NCBI GenBank assembly: GCA_009835325.1
Contig: VXWP01000083.1
Location: 46,735 to 110,734, forward strand
Origin: Gemmatimonadota bacterium
Lineage (GTDB): Bacteria > JAAXHH01
Reading direction: 5' to 3'
DNA length: 64,000 bases
Positions 39,806 to 48,275 of the stretch are shown here, piece by piece. The notes beneath the pieces are model-generated. The model saw nothing but the letters and a program-made list of their open reading frames with translations. It did no database searches and was not told where the DNA came from. Both the position numbers and the translations under genes were made by a program. Position 1 is the first letter of the stretch, and each line of letters opens with the position of its first letter.

Positions 39806-39845
39806 GGCCCCCGGTGGTACTAACTGCCGGGGGCTTTGCCTGTTT
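39806..39845 (+). terminator. Rho-independent terminator candidate after the aminotransferase gene
   Basis: GCCCCCGG ... CCGGGGGC stem followed by TTTGCCTGTTTG. Confidence 0.45.
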
Positions 39846-39938
39846 GTAGGGTCTTTGCAGGGTCGCCCGTAAGTATACCGCTACGTATGCGGCAGCTCGC
39901 GGGCGGATTGAGGTCGTAGACCGAAGGAGTTCATCGAC

Positions 39939-41771
39939 ATGGCGTCAGACGAACGGACAGGCCGCCGAATCCACCGGAACCGTGGTTCGGTGCCACGCAC
40001 CGCCGAGATCGTCCGGCAGACCCTGTACCAACGCAAGTACACCGTTATTGCGGTGATCCTCATGATGCTTGCGGGATCGGCCGTCATGCTGGTCCAGCCC
40101 CTGTTCTACAAGATGCTGTTCGACCGGGTGATACCCGAATCGGACACCGGCCTCCTGTGGTGGCTGCTGGCGGGGATGGTGGCGACCCCCCTGGTGTCGA
40201 TCGGCATTTCCTATTTTGAAGGACACCTCAGGGTCCGGATAGGCTATACGGTAACGCAGGCCCTGCACAAGGCGGTATTGAACCATCTGTTGCACGCAAG
40301 GCTCGATGCCGTCGAGAAGATACCCACGGGCAGTATGGTCTATCGGGTAACGCGAGATGCCGGCAAGATCGGCGACATGTACATCAAGCAGGAATTGCTG
40401 CCGGTGGTTTCAAGCGCGATCGTACTGGCTGGCGTGCTGGTCATGATGTTCCTGTTGAACGCCGAGCTGGCGGCCGTTTTCTGCGCCGCTTTGCCGGCGA
40501 CCTATCTCGTGACCCGGTATCTGACCCGGTACTCGAAGGAAATGGACCGCGAGGTGAACGACCAGGGCAAGGCGTCGGAAAGCTTTCTGTACGAAGTATT
40601 CAACGCCTTTCGTACGATACGCATGTTCAACGGAGAGGGCCATGCCAGGATGCGTTGGGCCGGGCACATGGACAGATTCACCCGGATCAAGATTCGTGGC
40701 GCGGCCCTCCACGATATCATGCTCACTTTTCCGAACGAGGTCATCAACGGACTGGTACTCGGCGTGCTGCTGGGCTACGGCGCTTTCCAGGTCATGGATG
40801 GCACAGTCACCATCGGCAGCCTGGTGGCGATCATGGCCTATGCGCCGCGGGCGTACGCCGCGCTGCGGACGGTGCTCACCACCTATACCGGCACACGGCT
40901 GATCAAAGTCTCGGTCGAGAGTCTGAACGAGTTGTTCGATCTTCCCCTGGAACCGGGCCTGCGCGGAAACCTCAGCCGTCAACCGACCGAAGTCGACCCT
41001 CAACCGGCCGGAGTCGAACCGCCGGCCGGAGTCGAACCGCCGACCATCGAGTTCGTCAACGTTAGTTTCAGTTACGAACGGGGCTATGAGCTGAAGGACC
41101 TGTCGTTCAGGGCGATCAGCGGTGAATTCGTCGGTATCGTGGGGCCCAGCGGTGGGGGAAAGACCACGATCATCGATCTGCTGACCCGATTGCAGGAACC
41201 GGAAAGCGGCCGGATCGCCGTCGCCGGACGGGACATTCGCGAGATGTCCCTCGAATCGCTTCGAAATCAGATCGCCGTGGTCTCCCAGGACGTATTCATC
41301 TGGAACGCCACGCTCGCCGAAAACATCGCTTATCCGGATACCGGCTATCGTCCGGAGGCGGTTGAGCAGGCCGTGCGTGCTTCGGCATTGGAAGCGTTTA
41401 TCGATGGCCAGCCGAAGGGCCTCGAAACGATCGCGGGAGAGGGCGGGGTCGCGCTTTCGGGCGGCGAGAAACAACGCATCGCCCTGGCACGGGCTTTCAT
41501 GCGTGAACGTTCGCGGATACTGATTCTCGACGAGGCCACTTCCGCCCTGGATGCCCTGGCCGAGGAGAAGATCAGGACGGCCGTTGAAGAGGCAAGAATC
41601 GGACGAACCACGATCGCGATCGCCCATCGCCTGTCCACGATTCGCCATGCCGACCGTATCCTGGTCATCGACGGAGGAAAGCTGGTCGAATCGGGCACGC
41701 CGCGAGAACTCCTGGAACGCGGCGGTATCTTCGCCCGAATGTACGACGCTCAGGCGCTGGATTTCGAGTAG
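39939..41771 (+). CDS. ABC exporter, fused permease/ATPase (MsbA-like type I exporter)
   Basis: Six N-terminal TM helices, Walker A GPSGGGKTT, signature LSGGEKQR, Walker B ILILDEATS. The linker has a tandem PAGVEPPAGVEPP. Confidence 0.85.
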   Translation: MASDERTGRRIHRNRGSVPRTAEIVRQTLYQRKYTVIAVILMMLAGSAVMLVQPLFYKMLFDRVIPESDTGLLWWLLAGMVATPLVSIGISYFEGHLRVRIGYTVTQALHKAVLNHLLHARLDAVEKIPTGSMVYRVTRDAGKIGDMYIKQELLPVVSSAIVLAGVLVMMFLLNAELAAVFCAALPATYLVTRYLTRYSKEMDREVNDQGKASESFLYEVFNAFRTIRMFNGEGHARMRWAGHMDRFTRIKIRGAALHDIMLTFPNEVINGLVLGVLLGYGAFQVMDGTVTIGSLVAIMAYAPRAYAALRTVLTTYTGTRLIKVSVESLNELFDLPLEPGLRGNLSRQPTEVDPQPAGVEPPAGVEPPTIEFVNVSFSYERGYELKDLSFRAISGEFVGIVGPSGGGKTTIIDLLTRLQEPESGRIAVAGRDIREMSLESLRNQIAVVSQDVFIWNATLAENIAYPDTGYRPEAVEQAVRASALEAFIDGQPKGLETIAGEGGVALSGGEKQRIALARAFMRERSRILILDEATSALDALAEEKIRTAVEEARIGRTTIAIAHRLSTIRHADRILVIDGGKLVESGTPRELLERGGIFARMYDAQALDFE

Positions 41772-41830
41772 AGATGCGGTCGCCAGGGTCTTAGCGTCTG
41801 AAGACCGTCTCTACAGTGCCGGCGTCTTCC

Positions 41831-42562
41831 CTACAGGACCGGGCTCTCCAGGAACACCGTCACGCCCATATCCACGTATTTACTCCGATCTTCACGCGCG
41901 TGGTTCCTGAAGCACACCATCGTTTCCGAATCCTCAAGCTGGTCGACGACGTGCCGGACGCAGTCGTCCACGTTCCGGAAGGGGTGGTGCGGGTGTGCTT
42001 CAATACTGTACATGAGGTCGTTCGGGCCGAAGGACAGGCAGTCCACGCCCGCTATGGCCAGCGACCGTGCACCGGTCACCGCAGGTATTGATTCGAGCTG
42101 TATCATCAGCACGCCGTAGTTGTTCCACCATGCGGCGTACTGCAGCCGGTCGTCCCCGACTTCGCTTACTTTGCGCCGCGCCCCGCCTCCCCAGCTTCGC
42201 ATGCCCTGCTGAGGATAGTAGAAGAAGTCGACCGCCTCCTCGACTGTCCCTTCAGTTTCAACCTGGGGCACTTCGATCCCCGCCGGTCCGAGATCGAGCA
42301 GGTTGCCGACCAGGTAACTGTGATAGGTGTGCTTGATGCGGAACACAACGTCGGCGTCCACCGTATCGGCTTTATCACAGAAGGCCACCAGCCGTTCCTC
42401 GCTGAAGGCACTGTGCTGTCCATCCACCCACAGAAAATCGAACTGTCCGGATTCGACGACCTTTTTCAACTGATCAAGCGTATGGGTCATGCCCACATTG
42501 GCGCCAATGACCTGTTCCCCCGCACCGATGCGCTGTTTCAGGTTGCGTTCCGCCATTTGCAT
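41831..42562 (-). CDS. HpcH/HpaI-family aldolase (2-keto-3-deoxy-sugar-acid aldolase)
   Basis: HpcH/HpaI family motifs (QFDFLWVDGQHS ... IESIPA). Start at MQMAERN, with an AGGAG RBS. Confidence 0.7.
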   Translation of the reverse strand: MQMAERNLKQRIGAGEQVIGANVGMTHTLDQLKKVVESGQFDFLWVDGQHSAFSEERLVAFCDKADTVDADVVFRIKHTYHSYLVGNLLDLGPAGIEVPQVETEGTVEEAVDFFYYPQQGMRSWGGGARRKVSEVGDDRLQYAAWWNNYGVLMIQLESIPAVTGARSLAIAGVDCLSFGPNDLMYSIEAHPHHPFRNVDDCVRHVVDQLEDSETMVCFRNHAREDRSKYVDMGVTVFLESPVL

Positions 42563-42778
42563 CTCCTGTCGTGATGGCCTGCATGCACTGGTGTAAAGTG
42601 ATACTGTGGACCTGTCTGTCCCGTCTGAACCGTCCTTGCAGGGTCCGGGCAACCCCGATTATAATGAGCGATGCCCCTTTTCGATAGCCCAATTTGGGGA
42701 TAAGTACATTCATTTGCACATTTCGCAGTTGCCGAGACTACCGGCCGGTCTATCTTGACATCAGACCGTCATCCCCGA

Positions 42779-42842
42779 GTTCAGGCTGACAGGGCCCGGC
42801 GTTCAGGCTGACAGGGCCCGTCGTTCAGGCTGACAGGGCCCG
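42779..42842 (+). repeat. Three tandem copies of GTTCAGGCTGACAGGGCCCG (22-bp period) upstream of the uxuA-like gene
   Basis: Perfect copies at 42779-42798, 42801-42820 and 42823-42842, 36 nt before the ATG at 42879. Confidence 0.85.
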
Positions 42843-42878
42843 GAGCCCGGTCCACCGTGACCGTATTGGAGGAGCCCG

Positions 42879-43856
42879 ATGTATCTGCACGACGTCGTAA
42901 ACTGGACCGATTTTGATGATGAAACGCTCAGTTTCTATCGCGCGATCAGCGTGGACATGATCCAGCTGGACCTCAGGACAGGGGGAGCATCCGAGGCGGA
43001 AATGCACGTGAGGGCCGGCAAGGACAGCACGGAACTGTTAGAACGGGCCCGGGAGAAGACAGCGTCTCACGGATTGAAGCTGCAGACCGTCTTCATGCCG
43101 GTACTGGAGGGGATCACCCTGGCCACGGAGGAACGGGACGAGGAACTAAACGCTTTCCTGCGGCTCATCGAAAGTCTGGGAAAGGCGGGGATACCGACCC
43201 TGGCCTGGAATTTCAAGCCGATGGGCAACTTCAGGACCCCCTCCGACATCGGGCGCGGCGGCGCGGTGTACAGCACATTCGACTATGCCGAATTCGACCG
43301 GAACCGTCCTCCGCCCCATGATCCGCCCGTCTCCGAGGCGGTGATGTGGGACAACATGGTCGCCTTCATGCGCGCCGTGGTCCCGGCCGCCGAGAAGGCC
43401 GGCGTCAACCTGGCGCTTCACCCCGACGACCCGCCCACTCCCGAACCGCTGGGCGGCGTCGCCCAGATCTGTTCCACGCTGGAGCATTTCGGCCGCATCT
43501 TCGACACGGTGCCCAGCGATAATCACCGGATGCTCTTCTGCCAGGGATGCATGACTGAACTGGCGGGTCCTCAGAAGGTATATGATATCATTGCCGAGAT
43601 GGCCTCCCGGAACAAGATCGCCCTGGTGCATTTCCGGAACGTCCGGGGACAACTTCCCCGCTTCGCCGAGGTCTTCATCGACGAGGGCGAAGTGGATATG
43701 CGCCGGGCCATGGAAACCTATCGCGATAACGGGTACTTCGGACCCTTCGGCATGGACCACACCCCGGGGTTTCCCCAGGCGCGGGCCGGATGGGCCGGCC
43801 GTGCCTTTGCCAATGGCTATATCCGCGCGACGATTCAGACGGTCTACGGACGATAG
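42879..43856 (+). CDS. uxuA: UxuA-family D-mannonate dehydratase (short form)
   Basis: VNLALHPDDPPTPEPLGGVAQICSTLEH matches the UxuA [24 protein letters not shown]. Also LAWNFKPMGNFRT and LVHFRNVRG regions. Confidence 0.6.
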   Translation: MYLHDVVNWTDFDDETLSFYRAISVDMIQLDLRTGGASEAEMHVRAGKDSTELLERAREKTASHGLKLQTVFMPVLEGITLATEERDEELNAFLRLIESLGKAGIPTLAWNFKPMGNFRTPSDIGRGGAVYSTFDYAEFDRNRPPPHDPPVSEAVMWDNMVAFMRAVVPAAEKAGVNLALHPDDPPTPEPLGGVAQICSTLEHFGRIFDTVPSDNHRMLFCQGCMTELAGPQKVYDIIAEMASRNKIALVHFRNVRGQLPRFAEVFIDEGEVDMRRAMETYRDNGYFGPFGMDHTPGFPQARAGWAGRAFANGYIRATIQTVYGR

Positions 43857-43867
43857 GAGAACCGAGC

Positions 43868-45058
43868 ATGCGAATTACACATTTTGAAATCCTGCGGGTT
43901 CCACCGAGCTGGGTATGGCTGAAGATTCACACGGACACCGAGTTGTTCGGCTGGGGCGAACCCTACCTGGAAAACCACCCCGAAAGCGTCATCGCCGAGG
44001 TGCGACGACTCGAGCCGCTGCTTATCGGCGAGGACCCCTGCCGCGTGGAATCGCTCTGGCACAAAATGTACGAAGGCGGTTCCGGTTACGTGGGCGGACC
44101 GGTGAAGATGAGCGCGATCAGCGGGATCGACATGGCGCTCTGGGATCTCGCGGGGAAGGCCGCGGGACTGCCGGTCCACGGCATGCTGGGCGGGGCCTGC
44201 CGCGACCGGATTCGCATGTATCGCGCCGTGGGGGGCCAACTTCCTTGGTGCGTCGAGCCCGGTCAGCCCTACGACGCGGGTTGGGATCCTTCCCGGGAAC
44301 CGGACTGGAATTTTCCAGAGGGCCACGAGGAGGCGGCCCGGGTCATCATCGAAGAATGGGGGTTCCGGTGCATGAAACTGCACGTGGGCATGGGCACCGG
44401 ACTGGAGCCTACCGCCGAAATCGATCGGATCGCCGAAGCCTTCGCCGCCGTGCGGAAGGGCGCCGGTCCCGACGTCGAGGTGGCCGTGGATATCCACAAT
44501 CCCCACCCCGCGATGGCAAAACAGATGATCTCCGCCCTCACGCCCCATCGTCCGCTGTTTATCGAGGAACCCATGCCTGTGGAGCGTGTCGATGTACTCG
44601 CGGACATCGCGCGCAACAGCGAAGTCCCCATCGCCGCCGGGGAACGGTGGATGGGCAAGTGGATCTTCTACGATGCCCTGCGCAAGAATGCCCTGTCCGT
44701 GATGCAGCCGGACCTGTGCCACGCAGGCGGCATCACCGAGTGCCACAAGATCGCGGTGATGGGTGAAAGCGCCTACGCTAAACTCGCCCTGCACTGCCCG
44801 TTGAGCCCATTAGCCCTGGCCGCGTCCATCCAGATCGACGCCTGCGCGTCGAATTTCCTCGTCCAGGAACACAACGAGGTAAATTGCTGGCGCGAGGAAG
44901 GACGGACGTATATCGGCAAGGGCTACTTCGCCGAGCCTTTCGTGCTGGACGAGGACGGTTGCGTGGCGGTGCCCCAGGGACCGGGACTCGGCGTGGACCT
45001 CGATCCGGAGGGATTCGAACAGATCATGGCCCGGCCATGGCGGGACGTGCGGGGCTGA
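43868..45058 (+). CDS. Enolase-superfamily dehydratase, mandelate racemase subgroup (ManD-like)
   Basis: N-terminal capping domain (ITHFEILRVPPSWVWLKIHTD...GWGE) and metal-binding barrel residues (DIHNPHP, IEEPMP, ERW). Confidence 0.75.
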   Translation: MRITHFEILRVPPSWVWLKIHTDTELFGWGEPYLENHPESVIAEVRRLEPLLIGEDPCRVESLWHKMYEGGSGYVGGPVKMSAISGIDMALWDLAGKAAGLPVHGMLGGACRDRIRMYRAVGGQLPWCVEPGQPYDAGWDPSREPDWNFPEGHEEAARVIIEEWGFRCMKLHVGMGTGLEPTAEIDRIAEAFAAVRKGAGPDVEVAVDIHNPHPAMAKQMISALTPHRPLFIEEPMPVERVDVLADIARNSEVPIAAGERWMGKWIFYDALRKNALSVMQPDLCHAGGITECHKIAVMGESAYAKLALHCPLSPLALAASIQIDACASNFLVQEHNEVNCWREEGRTYIGKGYFAEPFVLDEDGCVAVPQGPGLGVDLDPEGFEQIMARPWRDVRG

Positions 45059-45113
45059 TACCGGCAATCGCGCTCCCGCGCCTGACGTGCAATCGTTACG
45101 ACATCATCGGCTG

Positions 45114-46244
45114 CTACACGCCTACCCGTGCCCACCTTGCGGTCTTGATGGAATCATCGCCGGCGTAGTAGACGACGAACACTTCGTTGCCCGGTAGCCG
45201 CACCATCCGGGGATGCCCGAACCGCCAGCGTTCCATATCGCCCCACAGTTCCGACGACGTCCGCCCGCCGCCGGCGCCGGATTCCGTGCCGGCGGTGCTG
45301 TCGTAGACCAGGAGATCCCGCTCGCGATCCCAGTGCACACCGAAATCCTCACTGATGGACAGCACGATGCCCGGAGGATCCCGTCGCCGCGGATAGGCGG
45401 CCAGCAGCCGGTCGCCGCCCAGGGACAGCGGCTGGCAGTGCTGGCCGGGCAAGCCGGTACACCGCGGGATGGTCCACGACCGGCCGTCCGGGGTGCCGAA
45501 GGCAATATGGATATCGATATCCGATCCCGCCTTGAAATCATGGGTCCAGAACATGGCGACGAGGCGCCCGTCAACGGGGTGGATAGCCAGCCGCTGGTCC
45601 CAGTAGGCCAGCGCGTTGTCCGGATGGCGGGCTACGGTGGCGTACTCCGGCCAGGTCCGGCCGCCGTCCCGGGAGAAACGAAGGCGCGCCGCGGGCCGGC
45701 CGGGTGCAGGATCCTCGTATACCTTCCACTGTTCATAAGGTTGCGCCAGGACGCCGCCGGGCAAACGGATGACGGCATGCGAACAGGGTGAAGCGGCGAG
45801 ATGGGGAGACGTGTCCATGCGCCGCGGCGGGCTCCAGGTGCAGCCGCCGTCAGCCGACTCGACGTGCAGGATGCGCATGGGCAGAAGGCCCTGCGTGTCC
45901 GGGTGGATAAAGGGAAGATCCGGGTCGGATCGGTCGACCCACAGGACCGTCGCCGTGAGCCTGCCTGGATTAAGCTCCGTACTGGTCAGCCCCTTCATTT
46001 CACCCGGCGTACCGTCCCAGGATCCCCTCCCGTATCCGTCGTAGCGAAGTTCCCAGGTACGGCCCAGGTCCGCGGTCGCCCAGATGCAGGCGTGCCCGTC
46101 CGACGAGTCGCGTTCAGAGCCCCAGCGACCCGATACGAGTATCGTTCCGTCATGCAGCCGGTTGATGGTGGTGAAGGCACAGTTAACGCGGTGACCAGGG
46201 ATTGTATGGCCGTCGGAGACCGTTCCGGAATCAAGGACTCGCAC
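45114..46244 (-). CDS. BNR-repeat (sialidase/exo-alpha-sialidase-like) beta-propeller protein, no signal peptide
   Basis: At least four S-x-D-x-G-x-T-W motifs (TADLGRTWEL, SADGGCTWSP, SRDGGRTWPE, SEDFGVHWDR). Confidence 0.65.
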   Translation of the reverse strand: MRVLDSGTVSDGHTIPGHRVNCAFTTINRLHDGTILVSGRWGSERDSSDGHACIWATADLGRTWELRYDGYGRGSWDGTPGEMKGLTSTELNPGRLTATVLWVDRSDPDLPFIHPDTQGLLPMRILHVESADGGCTWSPPRRMDTSPHLAASPCSHAVIRLPGGVLAQPYEQWKVYEDPAPGRPAARLRFSRDGGRTWPEYATVARHPDNALAYWDQRLAIHPVDGRLVAMFWTHDFKAGSDIDIHIAFGTPDGRSWTIPRCTGLPGQHCQPLSLGGDRLLAAYPRRRDPPGIVLSISEDFGVHWDRERDLLVYDSTAGTESGAGGGRTSSELWGDMERWRFGHPRMVRLPGNEVFVVYYAGDDSIKTARWARVGV

Positions 46245-46283
46245 GCAAGCCTCACAATACGTAACCCGTTCCTGAACAAAATG

Positions 46284-47375
46284 TTACACGTTTTTATTCC
46301 AGTGGTAGATCAAGCTGGATACATCGTAGGACACGACCTTGCAGGCGACGTCCGCGGCGCGGAACATCTCCCACTGCCTGTCCGGTGTCCCCGCTGTGTA
46401 GTAGGCAGTGACCAGCCGTCCGTCATCGAGGCGGGCGGTGGAGGGATAGCCGATGTCGCCGCCGGGCAGGGAATCGTCGAGCACCAGCCGACGCTCATCC
46501 CAGGTGGTCCCGCCGTCCCGGCTGATCAGGCCCTCCACGCCGAAGGGCGGATGACGCCGACCGAAAACGAGCAGCAGCCAGCCGTTGGGCAACAGGGTGA
46601 GGTCCGGCGGGTGTTCCTTTGCGTCCGTGATCCGGCCGATCCCGCGCCAGGTGTACCCGCTGTCCTCCGATACGCAGGAATACAGTGCTTGCTCGGCGCG
46701 GTTCTCCGACCGTGCGACGAACAGCCACCGGCCATCGGGAAGGATGGCCACGTCCGATTCATTCAGCCCCAGCGCCACCAGGGTCGGATCGCCCCAGGAA
46801 CGCCCGTTGTCTTTCGACCGGAGGATGTACGTCGGCGTCGTCGCGGGGCCGACCCGGACCGTGCCCTCACCGGGCTCGCAACACGGCGAACCGCCGTAGA
46901 TCAGCATGTGCACGACGCCGCCGGCGGTGAAGATCTTGCCGAAGGGCGAGGCCCCGTTGATCGGAGTGTAATCGATGAGTGCGTCGTCCACCCAGGAACG
47001 GCCGCCGTCCGAGGAGAACACGACCCGGGTATCGGCTCGGCCCAATTCCGGTTTCCAGGCGCCCTCTTCGTCATAGGAGCCCTGCCAGTGGTACGCCAGC
47101 ACGAGCGTGCCGCCCGGTGCCATGCCGAGTGCGGGGTTGCGGTCGTCCCGTTCGCTGTCGGCCACCGTCACCGGCGCGGACCAGTTCAGCCCTCCGTCAG
47201 TGGAGCGTCCCACGTCCAGCCGTCCGCCCAGGCCCATGTGCGCGGCGCCGCCGCGGTAGGCCATGAGCAGTTCACTGCCGCCGAGATGGGTTATGACCGG
47301 AAAATAACCCTGTCCCGTCACCGCGTCGACGGTCCGGGTGCCGGGGAGCAGGCGCACATCGAGTTTATTGGACAT
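46284..47375 (-). CDS. BNR-repeat (sialidase-like) beta-propeller protein, paralog 2, no signal peptide
   Basis: Five BNR motifs (STDGGLNWSA, SSDGGRSWVD, SKDNGRSWGD, SEDSGYTWRG, SRDGGTTWDE). Start taken at MSNKLDV. Confidence 0.65.
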   Translation of the reverse strand: MSNKLDVRLLPGTRTVDAVTGQGYFPVITHLGGSELLMAYRGGAAHMGLGGRLDVGRSTDGGLNWSAPVTVADSERDDRNPALGMAPGGTLVLAYHWQGSYDEEGAWKPELGRADTRVVFSSDGGRSWVDDALIDYTPINGASPFGKIFTAGGVVHMLIYGGSPCCEPGEGTVRVGPATTPTYILRSKDNGRSWGDPTLVALGLNESDVAILPDGRWLFVARSENRAEQALYSCVSEDSGYTWRGIGRITDAKEHPPDLTLLPNGWLLLVFGRRHPPFGVEGLISRDGGTTWDERRLVLDDSLPGGDIGYPSTARLDDGRLVTAYYTAGTPDRQWEMFRAADVACKVVSYDVSSLIYHWNKNV

Positions 47376-47579
47376 GGGTGGTCTTTGTCCTCGTTCAGGT
47401 GTGAGATTCGGATGGGTGGATATGGGACCGACGGTAACGCCGGCGGCCTTCGATGTCAAGGAGATCGCACCGGAGACGGCACCGTCCTGCTTTCGGTACC
47501 CCGTCTTGAGGATTCGACGCGGTTCAGCACCGCGGGATCCGCCCGCGACAACCGCTTCGATACGCACCGGATTTAATAC

Positions 47580-47631
47580 TTGACATAAAAGTCAGGTTTG
47601 CTATATTCACATAGGCCATTTGACGTCAAAT
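47580..47631 (+). promoter_or_regulatory. iscR-suf promoter candidate (TTGACA-16-TATATT) overlapped by an IscR type-1-like site, plus a 14-bp perfect palindrome ATTTGACGTCAAAT
   Basis: CTTGACATAAAAGTCAGG resembles YYGACTR-www-YAGTCRR. Palindrome at 47618-47631 between the -10 and the AAGGAG RBS. Confidence 0.4.
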
Positions 47632-47654
47632 CGGACCGTGAAGGAGACGTTTTC

Positions 47655-48173
47655 ATGAAAGTGACCGCCCAGGAAGAATACGGCCTCCGGTGCATCCTGC
47701 AGCTGGCGCGATACCATTCCCGCGACCCGGTTACGGGACGGCAGATTGCCGAATCGGAGGGTATCTCCCTGGACTACGTATCCAAGCTGCTGATGATCCT
47801 CCGGCGGGCGGAACTCGTCCGAAGCGTGCGGGGGATCCGGGGCGGCTACGCGCTGGCCAGGGAACCGCGAAGCATAACGCTGGGCGAGGTCATGCGCGCC
47901 CTGAGTTCGGAAGACGGGGTCGTGCTTACGAGCCCGGACGCTCACATGTGCGATCATTTCTCCGGCCACCTGGAGGCGTGCACGCACCTGAACGCCTGCG
48001 CCATCCGACCGGTCTGGACGGTCCTTGCCCGGTACCTTTCCGGCGTGCTAGATCGCATTTCCCTCATTGACCTGCTGCAGACCGAACACCAGGTCCTCGA
48101 GGTGGTGGAGCAGGTCTCCCAGGATACCATGCGGGAGCAGGCGATGGGCGGCACGATCCAGATCGGCCGTTAG
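47655..48173 (+). CDS. iscR: Rrf2-family Fe-S transcriptional regulator (IscR-like)
   Basis: Rrf2 wHTH (ISLDYVSKLLMILRRAELVRSVRGIRGGYALA) and cluster-ligand cysteines (C...C...C). Precedes sufBCD. Confidence 0.8.
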   Translation: MKVTAQEEYGLRCILQLARYHSRDPVTGRQIAESEGISLDYVSKLLMILRRAELVRSVRGIRGGYALAREPRSITLGEVMRALSSEDGVVLTSPDAHMCDHFSGHLEACTHLNACAIRPVWTVLARYLSGVLDRISLIDLLQTEHQVLEVVEQVSQDTMREQAMGGTIQIGR

Positions 48174-48206
48174 CACGGCGGGACGGGCACGGCCGAGAGT
48201 GCGGCG

Positions 48207-48253
48207 GGTTCGGCACGACAGGTTCGGCACGACTGGTTCGGCACGACAGGTTC
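48207..48253 (+). repeat. Tandem repeat GGTTCGGCACGAC(A/T), 14-bp period, about 3.4 copies, between iscR and sufB
   Basis: Copies at 48207, 48221, 48235 and a partial copy at 48249, inside the operon leader of sufB. Confidence 0.85.
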
Positions 48254-48275
48254 TACATCGTTTCAAGGAGACGCA

